Below are positions 7,598-14,075 of a stretch of DNA of 14,075 nt, piece after piece. Positions within the stretch are counted from its first letter, which is position 1; each line of letters begins with the position of its first letter. The DNA comes from a virus (lineage: Duplodnaviria > Heunggongvirae > Uroviricota > Caudoviricetes), in IMG/VR virus record IMGVR_UViG_2648501920_000010; one strand, 5' to 3'. The position numbers and the translations under genes are program-made. The notes under the pieces were generated by a model. The model searched no databases. It had not been told where the DNA came from and saw nothing but the letters and a program-made list of their open reading frames with translations.

Positions 7598-9451
7598 TTA
7601 TGATGATGCCGGTGCATTTATCTCCAGCACCAGACTTTCTATCTCAACGCCATACGCTGCATTTTTGGTAATATCCGTCAGCGTCAGCGCATTCAGCCCC
7701 AGTGTCAGACTGTCTTTTATGACCTGGAATGCCGGGCCAGCCACTCCATTCAGTTTCGGAGTAACCGTGGCACTGCCGGCGGTGAACACCAGCTCCAGCG
7801 TCTGCCAGTCGTTACTGTAATTCCCGAACTCGCCCAACTTTGTGTTTCCTGCTTTCTTGTGATGCATCAGATTCAGTTTGCCGTCTGTGGTCTGGGTGAA
7901 GAACGACATCAGGAACGGGTTACCAGTCCCGGTCATCGCCACGACGTCAGGTAACGCTACATCGGTATACAGATAAATTCCCAGACCGAACTGGTTGTTG
8001 GTCAGTGCGCCTGACAGTCGAAACTTACAGCTCAGTCTGCCACCCCGTGTCAGCAGGGAGACTGCGTCATCCACCGGGCGCGTCAGGGACCAGGCTTTAT
8101 TGCTCTGCTTGGTGATCTTAAATACACCATCTGACAACTGAATTCCGCCATTCTTAATGCTCCAGCCCTGCGCAGCAGCGTCTCCGGCTGTCGGCAACAG
8201 GGAGATTGTGCGTATGGATGCATCTTCAGACGGCCCCGATGGCGTGTCGCCGCCGGGCGAGGCTTTGATTTCCGGTGCCTTACCACTAATGAAGGCTAAG
8301 GTGCGACCGGCTACGTTCAGAATAGCCGTTGCCATACGATCGGGAATAATGCCACGACGCGCCCATGAGCTGAAATGCGTCGGGCGATTTGATGATACCC
8401 AGTTTTTGTTCGTTCGGGATGCCGAACCGTAATAACCAGACCCGGCAATATCAGGATCTTCTGACGGGTTGTTTGTCGGTGTATTAACTCCGCTACCATC
8501 GGTCATAAAGGGAACAAAATAAATCTGCTGGGATTCTTTACCTTTATATGCACCATATACCACTTCATATTGCGTACCGTGTTCTTGTTTCCACGCGTAT
8601 GTCGTGTCGCCACAAATCCAGGGGACTGATGCCGGACTTCCACCGTGACACTGCGCCGCCAGCCCGGCAAGGTCAGCACGGAACTGCTGTACCATTGCAA
8701 GAAATGCTGCTGGCTGCTGGGCGTAACTGGCATTCGTCATATCGAATTCCCCCTGCATCCAGCATATCGCCAGCAAAACGTTTTTCGGGTTTTTCTGCAA
8801 TGCTGCCTTCGTGCGGAAAAGCAGATCCTGATATAACGGCTTACCCACTCCCCAGCGAGCCGAATCCTGACTGGCTCCCGTGGACTCGCTGAATGTCCCC
8901 TCCGTGCCCTGGGTGAATGCCGAACCACCACGACAGCATGGTACCAGCAGGATCCCCGCATTATTAGGGATATACGGAAGCAGTTTTTTGGCAATATGTA
9001 AGCCCTGTCCGACACAGCCGTACTGCCCTTTGCTCAGGTCAGCCCGGGGATGGTTAATCGTACTCATATCCTGAACATCATGCAGACAATGGTCAGCAGG
9101 AATGATGTCGTTAAATACGCATACTTCACCACCGGGAGTCACTGTGTTACGACGGGCCAGTTGCTTAATGCGCGGATGGGGCGCATCGTATGAATCCGGA
9201 AGCGGAAGCCCTTCACCGTAAGCCATGGCATTGGATTGCCCGGCCAGTACGATGACGTAGTACCACTCCGGCTCAGTTGCACCACTGACGACCACATCAC
9301 CTTCTGCTGCAATCGCCTGCATCAGGGTATAAGGGGTTATGGCCACCGGACTACCAAACGGCTGCCAGCCCTCCTTCAGTTTTTGTGTCAGTCGTTTCGC
9401 AAGGTCTGACGGCGATGCCGCCCTGACCACGTCATAGTGTTTAAATGCCAT
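7598..9451 (-). CDS. nanS-p: Prophage-encoded sialate O-acetylesterase (NanS-p-like): N-terminal DUF1737-like region, SGNH/SASA esterase core, C-terminal domain of unknown function
   Basis: 617 aa; GGGAGGA SD. GQSN motif (VIVLAGQSNAMAYGEG) near residue 70, characteristic of the 9-O-acetylesterase (SASA) family. Position directly upstream of the holin matches the NanS-p locus of EHEC lambdoid prophages. Confidence 0.8.
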   Translation of the reverse strand: MAFKHYDVVRAASPSDLAKRLTQKLKEGWQPFGSPVAITPYTLMQAIAAEGDVVVSGATEPEWYYVIVLAGQSNAMAYGEGLPLPDSYDAPHPRIKQLARRNTVTPGGEVCVFNDIIPADHCLHDVQDMSTINHPRADLSKGQYGCVGQGLHIAKKLLPYIPNNAGILLVPCCRGGSAFTQGTEGTFSESTGASQDSARWGVGKPLYQDLLFRTKAALQKNPKNVLLAICWMQGEFDMTNASYAQQPAAFLAMVQQFRADLAGLAAQCHGGSPASVPWICGDTTYAWKQEHGTQYEVVYGAYKGKESQQIYFVPFMTDGSGVNTPTNNPSEDPDIAGSGYYGSASRTNKNWVSSNRPTHFSSWARRGIIPDRMATAILNVAGRTLAFISGKAPEIKASPGGDTPSGPSEDASIRTISLLPTAGDAAAQGWSIKNGGIQLSDGVFKITKQSNKAWSLTRPVDDAVSLLTRGGRLSCKFRLSGALTNNQFGLGIYLYTDVALPDVVAMTGTGNPFLMSFFTQTTDGKLNLMHHKKAGNTKLGEFGNYSNDWQTLELVFTAGSATVTPKLNGVAGPAFQVIKDSLTLGLNALTLTDITKNAAYGVEIESLVLEINAPASS

Positions 9452-9568
9452 GAATCCTCCCGGGCGGGATAATGTTGTGAGTCAGATAAGGAGCAGGCTG
9501 AAGTCCGGAAGTTACAGGACAATGGCAGAAGGGAGACTACAGCCCGCAATTCGAAAAAGACCGCGCAG

Positions 9569-9598
9569 TTGCGCAGAGTGATTACTATGGGGTATTAT
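9569..9598 (+). promoter_or_regulatory. Candidate sigma70 promoter (TTGCGC - 18 bp - TATTAT) pointing away from nanS-p
   Basis: Hexamers read directly from sequence; the spacer length and the terminator ~50 nt downstream make a short plus-strand transcript plausible. Confidence 0.3.
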
Positions 9599-9644
9599 TC
9601 GCCAGCTGAAATATTACTTCACGTTTTATTGTTTATTCCTTGCC

Positions 9645-9673
9645 GCCCGCGTCTCCCAGCGCGGGCTTTTTTT
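9645..9673 (+). terminator. Intrinsic terminator on plus strand (GCCCGCG-tctcccag-CGCGGGC + T7)
   Basis: Perfect 7-bp GC stem, 8-nt loop, followed by TTTTTTT on the plus strand. Confidence 0.6.
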
Positions 9674-9681
9674 GTCCATAA

Positions 9682-9913
9682 GAAAGCCCCTCCGGAGAGG
9701 GGCTAAAGCCGCGTATCTGTATCATCATGCACATGGTGCCGGGTGCCTCCCGGTGAGTTCAGCCCGGTGCCACTAAACCCGCGTCATTCTCGTTTTGATA
9801 ATCAGAGATTATACCGTCACCAGTCGCCCCTCCGCTCAGGGGGATTCACCATGCGAAATTTTTTTAACAAATGCCCAGTCTGACAGGCAACTGTCAACTT
9901 ACTGAATTGTGAG
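9682..9913. repeat. Copy A of a degenerate ~220-bp direct repeat
   Basis: Shares ordered blocks with copy B: gaaagcccctccggagaggggct; catggtgccgggtgcctcccggtga; gcccctccgc(t/a)cagggggattcaccatg; ttttaacaaa; ctgaattgtgag. Confidence 0.6.
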
Positions 9914-9948
9914 CAACATAGCATTTAACGGGGAACCTGTTTTCTGCA

Positions 9949-9977
9949 GTAAAAAGGCCCACCGGAGCGGATGGGCC
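9949..9977 (-). terminator. Intrinsic terminator-like hairpin on minus strand
   Basis: Plus strand aaaaaGGCCCA-ccggagcgga-TGGGCC; on the minus strand the 6-7 bp stem is followed by TTTTT. Confidence 0.45.
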
Positions 9978-10168
9978 TGGAAGGATAGCGGTCATGTGAT
10001 GCCGGTTTCCCGGTAACTCAGCACCGGTATCTGAGTCAACGTTTTCTCTACTGGGTCATTTCCGATACGCCCTGCCTGCTGACAGGCTTTCATCACATCT
10101 GAAAATATAGCACCCTGACTGATACTGTAGTACCTAAGGTTCCAGAAACTGTGATGTATCCGGCACAG

Positions 10169-10381
10169 AAAAGCCCCTCCGGAGAGGGGCTGGAGAGTGG
10201 CGCTATGTGCCATTGCATGGTGCCGGGTGCCTCCCGGTGAATTCAGTACCAGCACCTGAATCCGCGATTATCCCATATACCTACTCGCTGATTGCCCCTC
10301 CGCACAGGGGGATTCACCATGCCAGTTTCTTTTAACAAACTCCCCGCAAACCAGACAACAGTCAACCGCCTGAATTGTGAG
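10169..10381. repeat. Copy B of the degenerate ~220-bp direct repeat
   Basis: See copy A. Identical 20-bp hairpin agcccctccggagaggggct at 10172..10191 versus 9685..9704; the other blocks are in the same order with indels. Confidence 0.6.
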
Positions 10382-10387
10382 ACATTT

Positions 10388-10410
10388 AAAAAAAGCCCGC
10401 AAAAGCGAGC
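10388..10410 (-). terminator. Intrinsic terminator immediately after the tRNA cluster (minus strand)
   Basis: Minus strand gctcgc-tttt-gcgggc followed by TTTTTTT, starting ~16 nt past the 3' CCA of the last tRNA. Confidence 0.6.
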
Positions 10411-10425
10411 CAGGGAAAATAAGTG

Positions 10426-10502
10426 TGGCGCGTTGTACTGGATTCGAACCAGTGACCGATTGCTTAGAAGGCAATTGCTCTGTCCGGCTGAGCTAACAAC
10501 GC
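10426..10502 (-). tRNA. argO: tRNA-Arg (anticodon UCU)
   Basis: Hand-folded 77-nt cloverleaf GCGTTGTTAGCTCAGCCGGACAGAGCAATTGCCTTCTAAGCAATCGGTCACTGGTTCGAATCCAGTACAACGCGCCA: 7-bp acceptor stem, D arm GCTC/GAGC, anticodon loop CUUCUAA, canonical GGTTCGAATCC T arm, encoded CCA. Gene symbol by analogy with the Stx-phage tRNA cluster. Confidence 0.8.
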
Positions 10503-10515
10503 AGGATACAGATAA

Positions 10516-10593
10516 TGGACCGCCTTCGGGGACCCGAACTCCGCGCAACCAGCTTCGAAAGCTGGCGCTCTTTCCTGATGAGCTAATGGCGGT
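10516..10593 (-). tRNA. argN: tRNA-Arg-like (anticodon loop UUUCGAA, anticodon UCG), atypical
   Basis: Sequence CCGCCATTAGCTCATCAGGAAAGAGCGCCAGCTTTCGAAGCTGGTTGCGCGGAGTTCGGGTCCCCGAAGGCGGTCCA folds as a cloverleaf with a good anticodon arm (CCAGC/GCTGG) and D arm, but has one mismatch in the acceptor stem, one in the T stem, and a T loop TTCGGGT (G where A58 is expected). Boundaries +/- 2 nt. Gene symbol by position only. Confidence 0.5.
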
Positions 10594-10599
10594 ATGTGA

Positions 10600-10675
10600 T
10601 GGTGGCCCTTGCTGGATTTGAACCAGCGACCTGGCGATTATGAGTCGCTCGCTCTCACCACTGAGCTAAAGGGCC
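10600..10675 (-). tRNA. ileZ: tRNA-Ile2 type (anticodon CAU; could formally be Met)
   Basis: GGCCCTTTAGCTCAGTGGTGAGAGCGAGCGACTCATAATCGCCAGGTCGCTGGTTCAAATCCAGCAAGGGCCACCA: canonical cloverleaf, anticodon loop CUCAUAA, encoded CCA; closely resembles E. coli ileX/ileY-type tRNA from memory. Confidence 0.8.
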
Positions 10676-10724
10676 GGGAGCAGAATAATAATGGTGCGTA
10701 ATTAATTCTGCAATCTCATCCGTT

Positions 10725-11774
10725 TCAAACGATTAAATCCTGAACTTCCCTGACTGTCTGCTCAAAACGTCCGGTCTCCAGTTCAACGCCAATCGCACGA
10801 CGCCCAAGCGCCAGTGCCGCTTTTACCGTTGAACCTGAGCCCATAAAAAAATCTGCAACCAGGTCACCCGGACGACTGCTTGCGCTGATTATCTGCTGCA
10901 GCATTTCTGCCGGTTTTTCGCACGGATGTTTCCCGGGATAGAACTGCACCGGTTTATGTGTCCACACATCCGTGTACGGCACCTGCGCCGTCACACCAAA
11001 ATACCGCCGCAGATGCTTATATTCACTCTGCAGCTCCACATACTGCCGGTTCAGTGACGTATACGTATCCACCAGCTGGTGGTGGGGCTTTTCCAGTTCA
11101 CCGCGCTGATGTTTCTCTTCTGCCACCCGGGCAAACAGCGACTGTAATTTCAGATAATCGCTTTCGTTCGGTAGCTGCCACTGACTGGCACTGAACCAGT
11201 GCGACACCATGTTTTTCTTTCCTGTGGCATCTGCAATCTGTTTTGCCGTTATCCCCAGGGCAGCGCGCGCATCACGAAAGTAAGAAATCAGCGGGGCCAT
11301 CACATGCTGTTTCAGTGCACTGCCCTTCGCCGCATACCCGGCATCTTTCGGACGATACGGCCCCTGATAATGTTCCGCGAACAGAATGCGCTCTGTGGCG
11401 GGGAAATACGCCCGCAGGCTTTCCTTGTTGCATCCGTTCCAGCGTCCGGACGGCTTCGCCCAGATAATATGGTTCAGCACACTGAAGCGTTCACGCATCA
11501 TGATTTCGATATCAGATGCCAGGCGATGACCACAGAACAGGTAAAGACTTCCGACAGGTTTCAGCACCCGCCAGAACTGCGCCAGACACTGGTCCAGCCA
11601 CTTCAGGTAATCATCGTCGCCCTTCCACTGGTTATCCCAGCCCTCAGGCTTCACTTTAAAGTACGGCGGGTCCGTGACTATCAGGTCAACAGAATTTTCG
11701 GGTAACGACCGGATAAATTCCAGGCAGTCGGCGTTGATTAACTCACAACTGGATATTTTTACAGTATTAAGCAT
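10725..11774 (-). CDS. Orphan DNA methyltransferase, beta-class (N6-adenine or N4-cytosine)
   Basis: 349 aa. Motif IV DPPY (LIVTDPPYF) near the N-terminus and AdoMet-binding motif I FxGxG (DFFMGSGST) near the C-terminus, the circular permutation order of beta-class amino-MTases. No restriction endonuclease candidate nearby. Weak SD. Confidence 0.85.
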   Translation of the reverse strand: MLNTVKISSCELINADCLEFIRSLPENSVDLIVTDPPYFKVKPEGWDNQWKGDDDYLKWLDQCLAQFWRVLKPVGSLYLFCGHRLASDIEIMMRERFSVLNHIIWAKPSGRWNGCNKESLRAYFPATERILFAEHYQGPYRPKDAGYAAKGSALKQHVMAPLISYFRDARAALGITAKQIADATGKKNMVSHWFSASQWQLPNESDYLKLQSLFARVAEEKHQRGELEKPHHQLVDTYTSLNRQYVELQSEYKHLRRYFGVTAQVPYTDVWTHKPVQFYPGKHPCEKPAEMLQQIISASSRPGDLVADFFMGSGSTVKAALALGRRAIGVELETGRFEQTVREVQDLIV

Positions 11775-11910
11775 GGATCATTAAGCCTGTCTCTGATAGG
11801 CTCATTCTGCTTTTGCGCAAAGCAGTGGGCCTGAGGTTTGCTTGTGAACCCAACGCATGAGCAGATGGCTGGTGGGTGCCCCTAACACCCACCAGCCGCC
11901 CATTTACCAC

Positions 11911-11938
11911 AAATAAAAAAGCCTTCAGGACTGAAGGC
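11911..11938 (-). terminator. Intrinsic terminator between the small ORF and the methyltransferase
   Basis: Minus strand gccttcagt-cc-tgaaggc followed by TTTTTTATTT; the hairpin overlaps the last codons of the upstream small ORF. Confidence 0.55.
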
Positions 11939-12122
11939 GTCTGTAACAACCGAACTGATAGTCTGCCAGACCCGCCATAACCAGCTGGGTCAGTATTAAC
12001 TGGCAGCGTTCGCGTGAAAGGTAAGTATTCTGCGCTATCTCCCCGACTGTCGCCGGTTCGGTAACGCTTAATTCATTAAACACCACTCTGGCGGTTTCTG
12101 TCATATCCTGCTGTTTTAGCAT
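11925..12122 (-). CDS. Small winged-helix-like protein, possibly FaeA/PapI-like regulator (65 aa from ATG 12122; track ORF extends to 12209)
   Basis: MLKQQDMTETARVVFNELSVTEPATVGEIAQNTYLSRERCQLILTQLVMAGLADYQFGCYRRLQS. The pattern x-hydrophobic-x-E-L ... T-(A/V)-x-E-I-A ... Y-x-(A/S)-R ... L-hydrophobic ... AG resembles the single winged-helix domain of PapI/FaeA-type regulators (remembered PapI: [41 protein letters not shown]). AAGGAA SD before the ATG at 12122. Assignment is pattern-level only. Confidence 0.35.
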   Translation of the reverse strand: MLKQQDMTETARVVFNELSVTEPATVGEIAQNTYLSRERCQLILTQLVMAGLADYQFGCYRRLQS

Positions 12123-12244
12123 GTCTTTTTCCTTTTTCCGGTTAACGTGACATACCAATAACTCTTGTCGAAAAAGCCAGCAAGCTGAAAGACCCGTATT
12201 CGCAACCACCAGCGTGTTTACTGTACTGACGCGATTTTGGGCAT

Positions 12245-12275
12245 AAAAAAAAACCGCCTGACGGCAGTTTTTTTT
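12245..12275 (-). terminator. tR'-like intrinsic terminator downstream of the putative Q gene
   Basis: A9-CCGCC-tgac-GGCAG-T8: near-perfect 13-nt inverted repeat. On the minus strand the GC stem is followed by a T9 run, ~60 nt after the putative Q stop. Confidence 0.55.
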
Positions 12276-12336
12276 CTTACTTTGCCATCGCGTACAAAAT
12301 CGGCAAAATATCAGATTTATACGAAACGTACGCTAT
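12276..12336 (-). promoter_or_regulatory. Candidate late promoter (pR'-equivalent) and qut region
   Basis: Positional inference: the interval between the putative Q stop and the tR'-like terminator contains TATAAA (-10-like) with a weak TCAATT 17 bp upstream on the minus strand. Not verified. Confidence 0.3.
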
Positions 12337-13026
12337 TTAATTGACTTTTGCAATATCTCGTCGTGAAAAAGTCGCTTTTTGTTGCGCTCTTATTTTCACG
12401 GTGCAAATCACAGATTCTCTATCGAGACTCTTAAAAATATCGCACATCTCACGCCAGTAGTTCGCATAATTATGGCTCCAGTTATCAGGCTTAACTCCAC
12501 ACAGTCTGGCAAGCTCCTGTCTCTGGTAGACCTCACACCCGGTAATCCATCCTCTGACATCCTGTGCCGCCAGCCAGATCAACTTCTTCACGCGCTCCTG
12601 CGTTTTCCCTGCAATTTTTCTGGTGCCGTACCGGGTTTTAAATTCATTCCACACCCACTGCGTTATCGCGATCTGATATTCCCAACAAATACTCCCGCTG
12701 TAACACCACAACAACCAGGCTTTATGATGTTCTTCAAGAGACAGAACAGCCCGCCGCCACGATGATGTCGAAAACTCAACCGGACTGACGAGAGGAATTG
12801 ACACCCCCTTCGCCAGCGATTGCTTTCCCGGGATTGGTGGATTATCCCGCGTTATCATTTTTCCAGTCACTTCATCGCGGTACCGGATTTTTTTACGCCT
12901 GTAACGCCCTGTATCAAACATGGCATTCTCCTGCCAGGCCTCAAGCTGCCCTTTTGTTGATCCACTCAAATCGGCGGTGGCAATCATGAGTTGCTCACGA
13001 ACAAACTGTAAATACTGGTTATTCAT
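12337..13026 (-). CDS. Putative late-gene antiterminator Q (assignment by synteny)
   Basis: 229 aa ORF directly downstream of rusA and upstream of a promoter/terminator pair and the tRNA cluster, the position Q occupies in lambdoid and Stx phages. I do not recognise clear sequence similarity to lambda Q; it may belong to another Q family (e.g. QuuQ/Q82-like). Confidence 0.4.
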   Translation of the reverse strand: MNNQYLQFVREQLMIATADLSGSTKGQLEAWQENAMFDTGRYRRKKIRYRDEVTGKMITRDNPPIPGKQSLAKGVSIPLVSPVEFSTSSWRRAVLSLEEHHKAWLLWCYSGSICWEYQIAITQWVWNEFKTRYGTRKIAGKTQERVKKLIWLAAQDVRGWITGCEVYQRQELARLCGVKPDNWSHNYANYWREMCDIFKSLDRESVICTVKIRAQQKATFSRRDIAKVN

Positions 13027-13388
13027 GCGTACTCCAGTTCTGTGATTTTTATCCCCAACCGCCCACCAGGAACAAGCTGACCGCGCACAATATTAATTTC
13101 ATCAAACTGCTCGTCGTCTATGAGCAGCCCCGCATGCGTCAGTACATCCAGTGGTGCCTTCAGGATATTGTCCAGGTCACGACGGCGCTTATCCGGTGGC
13201 TCTGCAATAATTTCTATTGCCGGCCTTCCGGACAGGTTTAATTTCAGTTGCTGCTGGCGAACAATAAGCGCCACATCACGGCGATAACGCTCACCGACTT
13301 TTGATACAAAATATGTGCTGCCACGACGTCGCCAGTAAGTGTTCACCGTTGGCGGGTAAGGCAAAACAAATTCTATGCGTTCAGTCAT
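13023..13388 (-). CDS. rusA: Holliday junction resolvase RusA
   Basis: 121 aa; LPYPPTVNTYW near the N-terminus and DKRRRDLDNILKAPLDVLTHAGLLIDDEQ match RusA (E. coli RusA: LPWPPSNNRYY ... [29 protein letters not shown], from memory). Start overlaps the upstream gene stop. Confidence 0.85.
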   Translation of the reverse strand: MTERIEFVLPYPPTVNTYWRRRGSTYFVSKVGERYRRDVALIVRQQQLKLNLSGRPAIEIIAEPPDKRRRDLDNILKAPLDVLTHAGLLIDDEQFDEINIVRGQLVPGGRLGIKITELEYA

Positions 13389-14075
13389 TTATGCTTTCCA
13401 CTTCAGAACACCCGAATTTCTCGCGTGCATTAAAAAACGAATCAGCAACAACAGCTGGCTGCCGTGTTTTTCTTCAAAATCTTTTACCCCGGCGTGTAGT
13501 TCGCTATGGCATTTACGGCACAGCGGAATAACAAACAAATCATCAGCCTTTGTTCCCATCCCTCCCAGTCCATGACCAATGATGTGATGCGGATCATCTG
13601 CCTGATTGCCACACGTCATGCATTTCTGCGTTTTTACCCAACGCGTGTATACAGGCATCTCTTCCCGTTGTGATTTCTGGCGCTGGAGATACTGAGCCGG
13701 TGACTCCGGATCAACGGCAATGCTGACCACCGTCTTTTCCTGTGGCGGGTTTTGCTGGTGGGCGTGAGGCAGCGGCGCAAGATTTTTTGTGCGCTGCTTC
13801 AGTATGCTGGTGGCGGTCTGCTCTCCCGGTACGATGTCGCTTTCACGGTACATTGAGCGGATTTTTTCCGCACGCAACCCCAGCGAACGACGTAATACCG
13901 CTTCCGGTAGCGCGTCCGCCACCTGATTGCGGACCGCCCACCAGGATAATTCAGCCAGCGATAATTCCCGCTCCTGCGAGCCATTCATTGCATGGCGTAT
14001 GACGTCAATCATCCATGCAGACAGGTTTTGGTGAGCAAGTTGCCCGAGTGATTCGGAGGTCTGGTCGCGCAGCTG
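13389..14075 (-). CDS. HNH-like nuclease domain protein (DUF968/NinG-like), N-terminus beyond the window edge
   Basis: Track ORF 13389..14012, but the frame stays open upstream to the window end, so the gene is 5'-truncated here. Contains CMTCG...DDPHHIIGHGLGG...CRKCHSELH, an HNH-type Cys/His arrangement; position upstream of rusA matches the nin region of lambdoid phages. Confidence 0.6.
   Translation of the reverse strand, partial: QLRDQTSESLGQLAHQNLSAWMIDVIRHAMNGSQERELSLAELSWWAVRNQVADALPEAVLRRSLGLRAEKIRSMYRESDIVPGEQTATSILKQRTKNLAPLPHAHQQNPPQEKTVVSIAVDPESPAQYLQRQKSQREEMPVYTRWVKTQKCMTCGNQADDPHHIIGHGLGGMGTKADDLFVIPLCRKCHSELHAGVKDFEEKHGSQLLLLIRFLMHARNSGVLKWKA

Noticed and set aside
8083-9074. 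Multiple short track ORFs on both strands inside nanS-p
   Set aside because: All overlap the 617-aa esterase frame, which carries the GQSN motif; none has independent support.
9902-9922. AATTGTGAGC, identical to the left half of the lac operator O1
   Set aside because: Only 10 bp match and the second half-site is not conserved; the motif recurs in repeat copy B and is more likely part of the repeat unit than a LacI site.
9992-10255. 87-aa minus-strand ORF in the cargo slot
   Set aside because: Starts at GTG inside repeat copy B and reads directly through the 20-bp perfect GC hairpin; more likely structured non-coding sequence. Not fully excluded.
10243-10621. Track ORFs 10243..10548 and 10268..10474 (minus), 10292..10621 (plus)
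   Set aside because: They overlap the tRNA genes and their terminator; high-GC structured RNA sequence gives spurious open frames.
10958-11705. Plus-strand ORFs antisense to the methyltransferase gene
   Set aside because: Antisense shadows of a gene with clear methyltransferase motifs.
11767-11949. 60-aa minus-strand ORF in the methyltransferase leader
   Set aside because: Overlaps the methyltransferase start in another frame and spans the palindromes and terminator; more likely regulatory sequence.
12379-12989. Plus-strand ORFs antisense to the putative Q gene
   Set aside because: Antisense to a 229-aa ORF that fits lambdoid synteny.
13301-14002. Plus-strand ORFs and the 61-aa minus ORF overlapping rusA and the HNH-like gene
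   Set aside because: Overlap recognisable genes in other frames or antisense.
1-14075. CRISPR arrays, rRNA genes, integrase or attachment sites
   Set aside because: Looked for regularly spaced short direct repeats and for integrase-like ORFs; none present. The only repeats are the two degenerate ~220-bp copies in the cargo slot.

Overview
The window is a contiguous slice of a lambdoid prophage with the late-region layout of Stx-converting phages, but with no stxAB genes. Almost every real gene is on the minus strand. Reading from high to low coordinate: an HNH/DUF968-like nuclease (N-terminus off-window), RusA, a putative Q antiterminator, a candidate pR'/tR' pair, a small winged-helix-like ORF, an orphan beta-class DNA methyltransferase, three tRNAs (Ile2-CAU, an atypical Arg-like, Arg-UCU), about 1 kb of structured non-coding DNA in the position stxAB occupies in Stx phages, a NanS-p-type sialate O-acetylesterase, a pinholin, a DUF1327 protein, a SAR endolysin, Rz/Rz1 spanins, an AT-rich island, a plus-strand YlcI-like gene and a truncated IS629-like remnant, the cos site, terminase Nu1 and A, W, and a portal gene that runs off the low-coordinate edge. 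The supplied ORF track missed the portal gene because it has no stop in the window; it also uses GTG/TTG starts, so several track ORFs carry spurious N-terminal extensions. No CRISPR array or rRNA is present. All homology calls rest on hand translation and remembered sequences; no database search was run. The most interesting candidates are the stx-less cargo slot with a degenerate repeat pair and a putative divergent sRNA, the methyltransferase with its small winged-helix partner, several unannotated small ORFs embedded in the lysis cassette, and signs of prophage decay (terminase internal deletion, IS remnant next to cos).
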